From NCBI GenBank assembly GCA_965222375.1, contig CBDCTZ010000015.1:1216001-1280000 (forward strand): a stretch of DNA of 64,000 nt, given 5' to 3'. The notes beneath the pieces were generated by a model. It saw only the letters and a program-made list of their open reading frames with translations. It did no database searches and was not told the DNA's origin. This document shows positions 18,756 to 29,175 of the stretch, piece after piece. The number at the start of each line of letters is the position of its first letter. Position 1 is the stretch's first letter. The translations under genes and the position numbers were made by a program. Source of the stretch: Polyangiaceae bacterium. GTDB lineage: Bacteria > Myxococcota_A > Polyangia > Polyangiales > Polyangiaceae.

Positions 18756-20522
18756 ATGATGCGAACAACTCAAATTGCTTTCTCTCTGTCAGTCTTGCTC
18801 ACCGCAAGTTGTGGCCAAACGCTTCGGGTAGGCTCGGACGGCCAGCCCGGGGGAGCCGGCGGGCTCGCCGGCTCTGGAGGAATTCCGGCGTCTGGCGGAA
18901 CCGGTACAACAGCCGGCCCGCCTAAGTGCGGGAACGGCGTGACCGAAGCCGGCGAGCAATGCGACGGCAAAGACTTATTCCAGGCATCCTGCGCCGACGT
19001 TGGCCACAGCCAAGGCAGCGTGACCTGCACGGACAAGTGTCAGCTGGACACGTCTGCTTGCCACACCTGCGGTGATGGGATTGTAGAAGCGGAGGAAGAG
19101 TGCGACGCCTCGGTCGGAGCAGATACCTGCGACTCGCTGGGGGAAAGCGGCGGACAGCTCGCCTGCACGTCGGCTTGCAAGTGGGACAAGTCCGCGTGTT
19201 ACACCTGCGGGGATGGCGCGTGTGAGGCTGCCGCGGGTGAGACACCATATGTGTGCGCCGGCGACTGCGCTTGGAAGGCGCCTGAGGTCACAGCTGCGGA
19301 GTCCACCAGTTGCGTGCGAAAGCCCGATGGGAGAGCCTGGTGTTGGGGGCGGGCATCCTATGGACAGTTGGGAAACGGCTCCGAGGTGGGAACGAAAGTG
19401 TGTGGAGTCTTTGGACCCTGCGCGGATACTCCCGTCGAGGTAACCGTGGTGAAAGATCTCGCCGCGTTCGTTCAACGCGGTCACGGGTGCGCCGTGGATC
19501 CCTCCGGGGCGCTGCGCTGCTGGGGCGACAACACTAGAGGCCAGCTGGGCATCGGCGCCCTCGTCAACAATTTCGACCTGCAGCTCACACCCCAAGGCGT
19601 CACGCTGCAGGTTGCTCTGGACCGAGGTACTCCGCTTGCCCTTGGTGGTGCCTTCACGTGCGCCGTGGATTCAAAGAGGAAGGTGCACTGTTGGGGGCAC
19701 AACGACCACGGCCAAGTCGGCCATGGGGGGTTGCCGTACCATCACGCTGTCGCGTGCAAAGATGCTCCGGTGGGGGCGGAATTCAATTGTGTCTGGGAAC
19801 CCGCTGAGGCCGCGCTGCCGGGTCCCGCCAATGCTGTCACAGCGGGCGTATCTCACGCATGTGCGCTGCTGGCGTCCGGCGAGCTGTATTGTTGGGGTAC
19901 TAACGAAAACGGGCAGCTCGGCGATGGCAGTCAAGACCCAACGTCTTGGCCGCGGAAAGTCATTGCCGACGTGAAGTTTGCGACCGTGGACGCTTCCGCA
20001 GGCGCACAGAGTACCAGCGGCTTCCTGACTTGTGCGACAGACACAAGTGGTGGGGTCTGGTGCTGGGGAAGCAACGCGGCGGGCCAGTTGGGCCTCGGAC
20101 ACCGCGACGGCTGCCCGACGTGTGGCATCGACGCTAAGCACTTTCCGACGCCCCAGAAGATCCCCGGTATCGATGACGCGCGCGTCGTGCGCGTGGGTGG
20201 AGATACGGCATGTGTAATTCGCGGCGCGCAAAACGAGTTGTGGTGCTGGGGCAGCAACAGCTGGGGTGCGCTAGACGCAAAAACCGCTGGTCCCGAGCAG
20301 TGCTTCTCCGGAGACCCGGCGACAGCAGGATGCAGCACCAAGCCGATCCCGGTGCATGGCCTGAAGAACGTCGCGTCGGTGTCGATCGCGCGAACCCATA
20401 TGTGCGCGAGCAAGCTCGACGGGCAGGTGCTATGTTGGGGCTGGGGCGTCGACGGCGTACTCGGTGCTGGCAATACGAGCAATAGCGTTGTCCCCGTTCA
20501 AGTCTTCCCGCCGGGCTGGTGA
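18756..20522 (+). CDS. RCC1-repeat lipoprotein with myxobacterial Cys-rich repeats
   Basis: Lipobox TASC; CGNG...GEQCDG repeats; seven CWG.N..GQLG-type repeats. Confidence 0.88.
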   Translation: MMRTTQIAFSLSVLLTASCGQTLRVGSDGQPGGAGGLAGSGGIPASGGTGTTAGPPKCGNGVTEAGEQCDGKDLFQASCADVGHSQGSVTCTDKCQLDTSACHTCGDGIVEAEEECDASVGADTCDSLGESGGQLACTSACKWDKSACYTCGDGACEAAAGETPYVCAGDCAWKAPEVTAAESTSCVRKPDGRAWCWGRASYGQLGNGSEVGTKVCGVFGPCADTPVEVTVVKDLAAFVQRGHGCAVDPSGALRCWGDNTRGQLGIGALVNNFDLQLTPQGVTLQVALDRGTPLALGGAFTCAVDSKRKVHCWGHNDHGQVGHGGLPYHHAVACKDAPVGAEFNCVWEPAEAALPGPANAVTAGVSHACALLASGELYCWGTNENGQLGDGSQDPTSWPRKVIADVKFATVDASAGAQSTSGFLTCATDTSGGVWCWGSNAAGQLGLGHRDGCPTCGIDAKHFPTPQKIPGIDDARVVRVGGDTACVIRGAQNELWCWGSNSWGALDAKTAGPEQCFSGDPATAGCSTKPIPVHGLKNVASVSIARTHMCASKLDGQVLCWGWGVDGVLGAGNTSNSVVPVQVFPPGW

Positions 20523-21536
20523 ATGACTGGCGGAACCGATAGCGTGTCGAACCCTGTGAGTGCTCGGTGCCAGGCGTTCTTTGTGGGCTTCGCGGTCTCA
20601 CTGGTGATCGCAACGTCGGCGCATGCGCAGTCTGCGGCGGCGTCTTCTTTGACCCTGCTTCGGCTGCCCGGAGCGGAGACCTGCATTAGCGAAGAGGAGC
20701 TGCGAGCGGCGGTCGAGCGCAGAATCGGGCGACCACTGGCACGAGTTTCGAGCGCCACGCGCAAGGTCGTCGGCATCATCGAATACCAACGCGCCTTGGG
20801 TGGTTACCGCGCCAAGCTCAACGTGGAAGACGCCGAAGGTTTTGTCGGGGAGCGCGAGTTCTCAGTGAGCGGCACGGACTGCCGCGAATTGGATCAGGCC
20901 CTCGTGCTCGCAGTCATGCTGGCGGTCAACCCCGACGCGACCCGAGATGTACCGCGCCGGCTGCCCCCGCAACCCGCGCGTACGATGCAGGCGGAACCGA
21001 CGGAGCCAACCCCCGACCCCAAGACCTTTGGCGCACAGTTTGGCTTTGTTCTGGGTGGCGGGTTTCTGCTGGGTGTCTCCTGGGGTGAGCGACTGGGGGC
21101 CTTTGCTGAGCTCAGCCCGGGCTGGGAGGCCCGCGTTGCCGTGACCCGGTGGCGTGACGCACGCATCCCTGGCGAGCGCAGCGCCACCCTCGAGCTCACC
21201 CAGGCGGAAGCCACGGCTTGCCGGACCGCAGAAGTCTCTCGCTTCCGCTTTGGCGTGTGCCCCCGGCTGTCCATCGGCAGCCTGTCCGCCAAGGGGATCG
21301 GTCTTGTTTCCCCAAATCGCGACAGCGGAGCCGTCGTGCACGCCGGTGCCGGCGGGTTCGCGTCGATGAACGTTGCTGGTCCGATGCAGGTCGGAACGAG
21401 TAGCTTCGTACTCGCCTCATTGACACGCCAGAGTGTAGTCTTCCAGGACCGATCCGGACGCGACCGGGAACTCTACTTCACGCCAGGTGCAGCGATCGCT
21501 TTCGAGCTCTTTCTCACACTTAGGTTTCCTTTGTGA
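20523..21536 (+). CDS. exported protein associated with ECF sigma factor (C-terminal beta-barrel-like)
   Basis: Signal AHA-Q; RLPGAE.C....L...V..R.G and R......C..L..A motifs typical of Polyangia ECF clusters. Confidence 0.65.
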   Translation: MTGGTDSVSNPVSARCQAFFVGFAVSLVIATSAHAQSAAASSLTLLRLPGAETCISEEELRAAVERRIGRPLARVSSATRKVVGIIEYQRALGGYRAKLNVEDAEGFVGEREFSVSGTDCRELDQALVLAVMLAVNPDATRDVPRRLPPQPARTMQAEPTEPTPDPKTFGAQFGFVLGGGFLLGVSWGERLGAFAELSPGWEARVAVTRWRDARIPGERSATLELTQAEATACRTAEVSRFRFGVCPRLSIGSLSAKGIGLVSPNRDSGAVVHAGAGGFASMNVAGPMQVGTSSFVLASLTRQSVVFQDRSGRDRELYFTPGAAIAFELFLTLRFPL

Positions 21537-21543
21537 GGTGGCG

Positions 21544-22119
21544 ATGCGCGCTGCGATCCAAGCTCCCGAAGTTCCCCCCGAGGCGATTGTAGCTGATAGC
21601 AGCGTGCAAGACTCGCCGCGACATGTGCGTCTGACCAAGATCTACAAATCGGAGGTGCGCTTTGTGTGGCGCTCTTTGCGCCGTCTAGGTGTAAACCACG
21701 CGGACGTTGAAGATGCTGCCCAAGACGTGTTTATTGTTATCGATCGCAGGCTCCGCAGCTTTGACGAAACCCGTTCGCTTCGGTCCTGGGTTTTCGGGAT
21801 CGTGATGCGAGTCGCTTCCGAATACCGGCGACGTGTCGGGCGGCGGCGAGAAACCTTCGACGCCCCGGACGCAGAACAATCAGTGCCCGCCACCCAAGAG
21901 GCGCAGCTCGAACAGGCCCGTGCGCAAGCTCTGCTCAGCCGCGCCATGGAAGAGCTTACTGAACCCCAGCGGGCCACGTTCATGCTGTTCGAACTGGAGC
22001 AACTGACGATGCGGGAGGTGTCGGAGCTACTCAATTGCCCGCTTCAAACTGGGTATACGCGGCTCAGAGCTGCGCACGCGCGGATCGAAGCAGCGCTCGA
22101 GAGGTTGAACAATGGCTGA
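21544..22119 (+). CDS. ECF RNA polymerase sigma-70 factor
   Basis: FVWRSLRRLGV..ADVEDAAQDVF, LRSWVFGI, region 4 RATFMLFELE...EVS..L. Confidence 0.93.
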   Translation: MRAAIQAPEVPPEAIVADSSVQDSPRHVRLTKIYKSEVRFVWRSLRRLGVNHADVEDAAQDVFIVIDRRLRSFDETRSLRSWVFGIVMRVASEYRRRVGRRRETFDAPDAEQSVPATQEAQLEQARAQALLSRAMEELTEPQRATFMLFELEQLTMREVSELLNCPLQTGYTRLRAAHARIEAALERLNNG

Positions 22120-22873
22120 CAGCGACCCACACCACATCCTCCACTCCGAATCCCAAGCATCACCGCTGCTGCGGTCGTTAGTCCGGGCCCATCGTGATGG
22201 TGATCCGACGGAGCAAGAAGTGGAGCGCTTGACGCTTCGTGTTGCGCCGCTCCTCTCGCCACCAGCGATCGGAGGGCTCGCCGCTGGTGGCACGACTGCA
22301 TACGGTGCCGGCAAGTTTCTGACTTCGGTGGCGCCTTGGTTTGCCGCGGGCATGGTCGCTGGTGGGGTCGGTGCCAGCATTGCCACCGTGGGTCAGGACA
22401 CGCCCTCTCCGCAGCCGACGAAAGCGGCGCGCAGTCAACCTGTCGGCGCACCGAAACCACGAACTCGACCCGCTCCACCGGTAGCGGCTGAGCCGGCGCG
22501 TCGAGCTGCACCGCGCTCACCGTTAGCGCCGCTGCCTGCTGCGCCCATTCCGAGTTCAGTCATTGACTCGGACGTTTCCACGCCCGCGGCCCCGGGTCGG
22601 CCGCCCACGGCGAGATTCCCGGAATCTGAGTCTGAATTACTCATGCGCGCACAAAAAGCTCTTGCTTCGGGTGATGCCACGCTCGCTCTATCTCTCACCC
22701 AGCGCCACACACGCTTTCCGCGGGCGGTCATGGGGCAAGAGCGAGAACGGATCGCCATTGAGGCGCTGATCAGGCTTGGGCGCCAGCAAGAAGCGCGGGC
22801 ACGGGCACGGCGCTTTGCGAAAAGCTATCCGAAGTCCGGCTACCTGCCACGCGTGCGCGAGCTGCTTCGGTAG
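22112..22873 (+). CDS. putative anti-sigma factor (TM, Pro-rich linker, TPR-like C-terminus)
   Basis: Overlaps sigma stop; E..LL..A..AL..GD...AL...H..FP....ERE...IEAL...G...YPKS.Y. Confidence 0.75.
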   Translation: MADSDPHHILHSESQASPLLRSLVRAHRDGDPTEQEVERLTLRVAPLLSPPAIGGLAAGGTTAYGAGKFLTSVAPWFAAGMVAGGVGASIATVGQDTPSPQPTKAARSQPVGAPKPRTRPAPPVAAEPARRAAPRSPLAPLPAAPIPSSVIDSDVSTPAAPGRPPTARFPESESELLMRAQKALASGDATLALSLTQRHTRFPRAVMGQERERIAIEALIRLGRQQEARARARRFAKSYPKSGYLPRVRELLR

Positions 22874-23062
22874 TCGGCATGGGTCCGGGATTCTCTTGTA
22901 GACCGTCGAGGCCTTCACGCGGACCCAGCGCGACTCCGCGGTGCCAACTAGAGAAATTGCCTCGGAGGGCGGTATGATGATCAGTTTTCCCGGGGGATCT
23001 TGGGTAGGCACGCAGCTTGCGGCCATGGCCGCACCCTTCACCACCAGATAGGTCGTGAGCAG

Positions 23063-24020
23063 ATGATGACCCCAGCCAAAGCGCGCACAGCACCATTGAT
23101 TCGGCGAGTCCTGCTGGTCGAGTCCGGCTTGGCCCTACTTGGTTGCGGGGGCGATGACGGCGCGGATCCAGCGTTGTCCGGTGGGAACGCTGGCTCTGCC
23201 AGCGGCGGGCAGGGCGCAAACGGCGGGTCAGGGGGCGCGGGCGCGACGGCCGGCTCACCTTCGGGTGGCGGCGGTGGCATTTCCGGTAGCGGTGGCGGAA
23301 CCGTGACCCCGAGCTGTGGCGATCCCACTTCCTTGCAAAACCCGACGCTGCTGTCCGTGTCGAGCAAGAACCCGCTCTACTTGGAGAACGCGAGCGGCGT
23401 CGCACCCGGTTGGATTCACGAACCAGATGAGGCCGCAACTCAACGCCGTACTACTGGCTAGCAACGCGGGTTGGGTCTCCCTGGGCGGTGACAACAATGC
23501 AAACTGGCCGGATGCGGACGGCACCAAGGCGGTCATTCTCGACACTGATCACATCAGGCCGGCGTACTTTGGCGACAAGCCGACTTTCCAGCGGAAGTGG
23601 TCGTGGAAACTTTTCACGCGAGGCTACAGCTTCGAATTCATGCTGCTGACCGTCGACGCCGCGACTAACGCTGGGAACGGCTTCAATGCCCTGGGTTTTT
23701 CCCGAGCGGACGATGCAATGGCTCGCACCCGCACATGGGCAACGAGGCTCAGTCTGAAGAACTTCCTGCCCCGTTCCGACCTTGCATCCACGGGGTACTG
23801 TCTGGCGCGCGTCGGCCAGGAATATCTGGAATACGCGCCCAATGGTGGCACGTTTACAGTCAACGTTGGTGGCAGCGGAGCCGGTACCTATGCGCAAGAG
23901 TGGTACAATCCACGCAACGGCAAAACTCAGTCGACAAGGCAAGTTCAGCTTTCCAGTGGCTCCCAGTCGTTCAAGTCCCCGTCGACGTCGGATTGGGTGC
24001 TCTATCTGAAGCACTTGTGA
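23063..24020 (+). pseudogene. internally deleted/frameshifted lipoprotein with putative collagen-binding-type C-terminal domain
   Basis: Lipobox LLGC and Gly linker in one frame (to ~23420); C-terminal DTDH...YCLA..GQEYL.Y.P.GG...EWYNP..G...DWVL in another frame. Confidence 0.65.
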
Positions 24021-24183
24021 GCCGCGTGCTTGCAGCAGGCGCGACTAGTCTAGCCGCTTCACTTGCTTCCCGGCGTCCACCGGCGCGACGACCGTGGCGA
24101 TGTCCGCTGCGCTAGCGTCCGATCGCGTGGGATCGGTCATTGCCGATGGAGTTTCTGAAATGCGGACAATGCGCGACCCGCTT

Positions 24184-24290
24184 GCGTTCGCGAGGGCGTT
24201 GGCCAACTCTGCCACCGTCTTGTAGTGGTCTTCCGGATCCTTTCAGCGCATGACGATTTGCTTCAGGTCTTCCGGGAGCACCTTTCCGCG
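24184..24290 (-). pseudogene. Ser/Thr kinase subdomain XI relic
   Basis: Minus strand reads VLPEDLKQIVMR*KDPEDHYKTVAELANALA. Confidence 0.6.
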
Positions 24291-24811
24291 TTTAAGACTT
24301 GGCAGGTTCGGCGGCGGCGCGTAGTTGTGGGCGTCTCAGGTGTGGCGGGAGTCCTCGGGTTGCGCGGGCACGGGCGGTTGCAGCCGGGCAGAGCGCGCGC
24401 CAGTGCGGTTCCCCCATGCGAAAGCGCTAGCACGCGAACGCAGTGAGTCGACGCTTGAGGGCTACAAGCGCCGGCGGTCCGGGCAGAGCCTCAACGCACC
24501 CGCCCGCGAAGCGGAAGGGAGGGCGTGCGCTGCGTGGCCCACGCAATGGCGTCAGCTAGCGGCGTGCCAGGGACGCTCTGTTGGCATTTGCTCGCAGACA
24601 GGCCCCGAGCGGGTGGCGACCGCCTGGCGGCACGGCTGACAGTCGAAGCAACTTCGGACACCGGGTGGATCCAGGGCGACTGTCAGATCAAGTTTCGACT
24701 TTTGCACCTTGGGCGACCTCGGCAACGGTAGCCCTCCAACGTGGCTTTTGGGGTTGACGGCTGAAAAGTTGCGTTCCGGCGTCGAACTTGCACTAGCGCT
24801 CCCCGCTCGAC

Positions 24812-25399
24812 TCAGTTGCACCCAACTGTCGGGCAACCCAAGCGCACCGTCAGCTCGCCCGTTGGTTGACTGTAGAACGAGGTGCAGGCCGCATTGCACA
24901 GGGCAATCGTATTTGGGCCCTCCAACCACCAACCGGCGAGGGAATTAGTAGAGCCACACCCACTCTTGCTTCCCACGTCGCAGACTAATCCCCAACCATT
25001 GTTGAGGTGGACGTTGACGAGTCCTGGCGTATGGCTCGTATTGATCTCGAAGCTACACTTGGTTCCGCCGCCTGGCGGCACCGTCGCCAGGACATGCGTG
25101 ATGACCACGCACGGTCCGTCCGTGGCGGCGTCGGTTCCTGAGTCGGATAACCCGCCCGTCCCGATCACTCCGCCGCCGGTCCCCCCGGTGCTACCGCCCG
25201 TCCCTGCTCCTGCCGCGCCCCCGCTACTGCTGCCTCCGCCGCTACCGCTTGCCCCGCCCGTGCCCGCGCTACCGCTCGCCCCCCCGCCGCCCGCGTCCGT
25301 ACCGGTGTTGGTTCGCGAAGCGCCGTCACTCCCACAGGCAACGACGAGGCCGAAGGCACCGATCAAGACGACAACGCTAGCAATGCGGGGCAAACTCAT
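24812..25399 (-). CDS. Gly-rich, Cys-containing lipoprotein
   Basis: Lipobox VVAC; C-terminal GWW....I.LC..AC......V.LGCPT, the same module as in the vWA protein at 55044-57560. Confidence 0.75.
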   Translation of the reverse strand: MSLPRIASVVVLIGAFGLVVACGSDGASRTNTGTDAGGGGASGSAGTGGASGSGGGSSSGGAAGAGTGGSTGGTGGGVIGTGGLSDSGTDAATDGPCVVITHVLATVPPGGGTKCSFEINTSHTPGLVNVHLNNGWGLVCDVGSKSGCGSTNSLAGWWLEGPNTIALCNAACTSFYSQPTGELTVRLGCPTVGCN

Positions 25400-25561
25400 C
25401 TTGTATCTACTCACTTTGTTTCGGTAAGCTGAAACTAGCAGCGGGAACGCTTGCAGGGCTAGACACCCAAGTCGAATTACCTGAGGGCAACGCCCTTCAT
25501 GCACTGATTGAGGTTAGGTTAGTGCCGCATCGTCGGGATAGGAGTATTTACGCGGACACGA

Positions 25562-26395
25562 TTAGTCTCGGATGAGGCCCGGAGTGCGCGGTAGTTGGTT
25601 GGCATCGCGGTCTGGGTGATCTCGTTCCTGGAATTGCCGAAGACCTTCTCGCGTTGCAGGATCGTAGATGGAGCGGTTGAAGCACTCTGCCTCCACCCGT
25701 AATCCCTCGGCCAGCGGCAGGCCAAAGCCCCGGACGGCGGCTTCCTTGTCGGTTCGGATCGCAGGCTGTGGGAGTTCCGCCACGAACTCTGCCAGCTCCA
25801 TCGCTCGTTCCAAGGACTTGCCTTTGGGAACTACCTCGTTAGCGAGCCCAATCTGCGCAGCTTCTCGTGCGTTGATCACCCGACCTGTAATAATCAGCTC
25901 CATGGCTCGACCCAAGCCAACGATTCTCGGCAGTCGCTGAGTCCCGCCATCCGCCAAACCGATGTTCCAGCGCCGGCAGGTAACCCCGAAGGTCGCGTGC
26001 TCTTCAGCAATGCGGATGTCCGCAAAGCAGGCCCATTCCAACCCGCCAGCATAGGCCGCGCCGTTTACCGCCGCGATGATCGGCTTGAAGACGTCAGTCC
26101 ATCGGCTCGGGCCCAAGATGCCAGGACGCTTGCCTTGGTTGTGGGCTTCGATCTCCACTGGACTATTCGGGACCAGGGCGTGGCCGGCTTTGAGATCGCC
26201 TCCAGAGCAGAACGCTTTGTCCCCAGTGCCCGTGATGATCGCGACTTTCGCTTCCGCGTCGTCACGGAATTCCGTCCATGCTTCGACCAGCTCTCGATGG
26301 GTGGTGGGCCCAATGCAGTTTCGGACGTCGGGACGATTGAATCGAATGATCCTGATTGCCCCGTGCTTTTCATACGCGATTTCCGTGAACTTCAT
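25562..26395 (-). CDS. enoyl-CoA hydratase/isomerase family protein
   Basis: NRP..RN, AFCSGGDLK, KPIIAAVNG.AYAGGLE, DGGTQRLPRIVG. Confidence 0.92.
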   Translation of the reverse strand: MKFTEIAYEKHGAIRIIRFNRPDVRNCIGPTTHRELVEAWTEFRDDAEAKVAIITGTGDKAFCSGGDLKAGHALVPNSPVEIEAHNQGKRPGILGPSRWTDVFKPIIAAVNGAAYAGGLEWACFADIRIAEEHATFGVTCRRWNIGLADGGTQRLPRIVGLGRAMELIITGRVINAREAAQIGLANEVVPKGKSLERAMELAEFVAELPQPAIRTDKEAAVRGFGLPLAEGLRVEAECFNRSIYDPATREGLRQFQERDHPDRDANQLPRTPGLIRD

Positions 26396-26518
26396 GAGGT
26401 CTCCTCGGGCCGCCCTCCGAGTGGGTGGAATTGAACTCGGGATTCAAGCAGCAGTCTTCGCGAATTGCATTTGGGAGCAGTGGACGTTGAGTCTCCGGAC
26501 GGTGTTGACGCCATGTTT

Positions 26519-27418
26519 TCACTCAGGAGCGGCAGGCAAGTTCTTTTCAAACCAGTGGTCAGCGTAGGGCTCGTCTATGAAGGGGGCGACTTCACGGTAC
26601 CCACATGCTCGATACATCTCGATTGCCGCGGTCAGTGCTCGGTTCGTTTCGAGCCGAACGCAGCTGTGCCCCAAATGGCGCGCCTGCTCCTCCAGGGCCA
26701 GGAGCAGCCTTTTGCCCAAACCGACGCCCCGCGCCCGGGGTGCGACCCACATGCGTTTGATGTAGCCAACTCCAGGCTCCAGCGTGAGCACCGCACCGCA
26801 TGCGATCGGTTGGCCATCCCAGTTTCCCACCAGAAACGCACCGCGGGGCGGCACGAGCTCACCGGTGGCGACGGGCAGCGCACGATCGACGTCGAAGCTC
26901 TCTTCGAAAACCAGCGCCAACTCCTCGTAGTAGCGTTTGAGGCACCACTGGGCGTCGCTGGATCCCGAAACCACTCGATCGAATCGAGTAGTTGACACTT
27001 GCAGCAGATGTTCGACTTCGGCCATTGCTGTGGCTAGCCGCCGCCTGCTTCGGGCGCTCAGCGGCTGCAGCAGCGAAGCGGCCAACTGATGCGACCTGCG
27101 ATCCAAGTCCCTGCTCTGCCGCTGGCCGCGTCGAGTCAACCGTACAGTTCGATACCGGCGGTCGGAAGAGCCGGCTATTGTTCTTACTAGGCCCTGGGTC
27201 TCGAGGGAGCGCAGGAGGCGACTCAGGTATCCCGAATCGAGTTCGAGTCGCCCCCTGAGCTCGCTGACGGACGTGCAACCTCGGCCCACTTCGAAGAGTA
27301 TTCGCGCTTCACCAAGGGGACGCTTCTGCCCGAGGTAGCGGTCTTCCAACGCACCGATCCTTCTCGCCACGCAGCGGTTGAACCTCCGTATCTGCGCGAT
27401 CTGCTCCTCCTCGAGCAT
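26519..27418 (-). CDS. MarR-type HTH / GNAT acetyltransferase fusion
   Basis: RRFNR...EARILFE...LDSGYLSRLL; GNAT IKRMWV...RGVGLG...RLETN..L..A..MY. Confidence 0.9.
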   Translation of the reverse strand: MLEEEQIAQIRRFNRCVARRIGALEDRYLGQKRPLGEARILFEVGRGCTSVSELRGRLELDSGYLSRLLRSLETQGLVRTIAGSSDRRYRTVRLTRRGQRQSRDLDRRSHQLAASLLQPLSARSRRRLATAMAEVEHLLQVSTTRFDRVVSGSSDAQWCLKRYYEELALVFEESFDVDRALPVATGELVPPRGAFLVGNWDGQPIACGAVLTLEPGVGYIKRMWVAPRARGVGLGKRLLLALEEQARHLGHSCVRLETNRALTAAIEMYRACGYREVAPFIDEPYADHWFEKNLPAAPE

Positions 27419-27422
27419 ATAA

Positions 27423-27436
27423 CTGACATTAGTCAG
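27423..27436. promoter_or_regulatory. putative autoregulatory operator CTGAC-N4-GTCAG
   Basis: Palindrome 4 bp upstream of the MarR-GNAT start codon in an AT-rich patch. Confidence 0.55.
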
Positions 27437-27712
27437 ATATATTCAAAATGCAAGTATAAATCCAGCCGCGATCAACCCGAACAGGACCAGAGCCACTCCT
27501 TCGCGATCGACTTGGCGAGCTCCTCAATCGAGCGCTGACCGCAGCCGCCGGGCACGCTCGCGCAGGATGGGTACGAGATCGGGATCGCCCGCCATATGCG
27601 TCAATTCGGTGCGGGTAGAATGATCGAGCGGGTTGCCAATCGCGGCATGACCGCAAGGGCCGGTCGCCAGCCATCTCTCCGCCTCAGACAACGCACGTCC
27701 ACAACGGCGATA

Positions 27713-27959
27713 GGGCCATCCAGGTTCTGTGTAACTTGACTCATGCAGACGGACGTCCTTCGAAGAAGATGTCGTCGACACCACGGTTTTTCAGCTCGGT
27801 CAGAATGGTGAGCCAGAACTTCGCCCCGGCCGTCGGAGCGACCCAGATACCGAGGACGTCACGTCACCCCTCGAGACTGACGCCCAGCGCGATGTAGAAG
27901 GCTCGCTTGGTGACCTGACCGCCATCCCTCGTGCTGACGAACAGCGCATCGAGATAGAC
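27713..27959 (-). mobile_element. IS256-family relic (transposase fragment with stop codon plus probable right end)
   Basis: Minus strand VYLDALFVSTRDGGQVTKRAFYIALGVSLEG*RDVLGIWVAPTAGAKFWLTILTELKNRGVDDIF, followed by ttacacagaacctggatggccc resembling IS256 ends. Confidence 0.85.
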
Positions 27960-27997
27960 CGATCCCGATCGTACGGCAGGGCTCGGGTGCCCGTGCT

Positions 27998-28882
27998 ATG
28001 GTCAACATGATGGCCTTGTATCGTTCGCTCCTACCGCTGATCTGTGGGTCCGTCCTCGGCTGCGGCGCTGACGATGGTGAAACGGCCACCAAACCGATCG
28101 GCGACGCAGCCGCGGGCACTGGCGGGGTGACAGGTTTAGGTGGAATTCCTGGCTTCGATGCGGCAACCGGCTCCGGCGGTGTTGCGGGCTCGGGCGCAGC
28201 TGCTGGTTCGGGCGGTACCGGGGGAACTGCAGGGGTCGGCGCAGCCGGTGGCTCGGGGGGATACGGGGGGCCCGCGGCGTGCCCGGCCAAATCGCCAGTC
28301 AAGATCAGCGTGTGGGGGAGCACTCCCTGGAAGGCGCCCAGCTCCGGGTCGGCCCAGCAGGTCATCGCTATTCCCACCGAAAAAGGGCGTCACTACAAGA
28401 AGGCGACCGTCACGTTCGATGTCGACGTGACCACGCCACCAGGGAATTTCACCGTCGTCTTCTGGCTCAGAAATTCAGCGGTTCCGTCGGGTTACAATAA
28501 GCTCTCCGCGTACGGAAACTCCAACGTCAAGAACAGCGTGCCCAAGGAGTTGGTACTGACGCAGACAGGAGAGTGGAACACGACCAAGTACGCTCTCAAG
28601 TCAGACACGACGTACAAAGTTAGCTACGTGTTCGACGCGGTCGCAGGGAAGGCCACGCTGATCTGGACCGAGCCAGGTGGCGCCAAGATCACTACGAACG
28701 GCACAGCAGCCGGGTCCATCGTTGGCGTCGGAGGCGGACTGAAACTGTTCTTCGGCTCAACGACCTCCCACCCTGAGTGGGGAGCGGGGGTCCGGCCGCC
28801 CTGGGGTTGGACATTCCGGAACTTGGTTGTTGACCTCGAGCCTGGTGGGCCATACGGCCCAGCGGCTCCGGGTTGCCTCTAG
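27998..28882 (+). CDS. Gly-rich lipoprotein with beta-sandwich domain
   Basis: Lipobox VLGC; Gly linker; beta-rich C-terminus. Confidence 0.75.
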   Translation: MVNMMALYRSLLPLICGSVLGCGADDGETATKPIGDAAAGTGGVTGLGGIPGFDAATGSGGVAGSGAAAGSGGTGGTAGVGAAGGSGGYGGPAACPAKSPVKISVWGSTPWKAPSSGSAQQVIAIPTEKGRHYKKATVTFDVDVTTPPGNFTVVFWLRNSAVPSGYNKLSAYGNSNVKNSVPKELVLTQTGEWNTTKYALKSDTTYKVSYVFDAVAGKATLIWTEPGGAKITTNGTAAGSIVGVGGGLKLFFGSTTSHPEWGAGVRPPWGWTFRNLVVDLEPGGPYGPAAPGCL

Positions 28883-29175
28883 CGGTCCATACGGTTGAGC
28901 GGCAGTGGCGGAGCGTCGCGGACAGCCTGAGCAGCAGCGGTCCCTTTGTCGCGCTCGGATAGCGGGCACAGGTCTGCGTGGCGAGCTGCCGCGCGCTAGG
29001 CGCCGGGGCGGTCCATTCCGCGAGGGAACGCCGAAACTTCAGCCAACCTGAGAACCCGAGCAGCGCCGGGAGCCAGACGCGCGGAAAGTCACGCCACACC
29101 CGCTCGACCGCAGCATGTGCATGATGCTTGCGAGCCCGCGCCTTGAAGCGGCCGCGCAATGGTCCCACACTCGAC

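Noticed and set aside
24420..24730. Possible IS110/IS3 transposase relic (LTVEATSDTGW)
   Set aside because: Similarity too short to support
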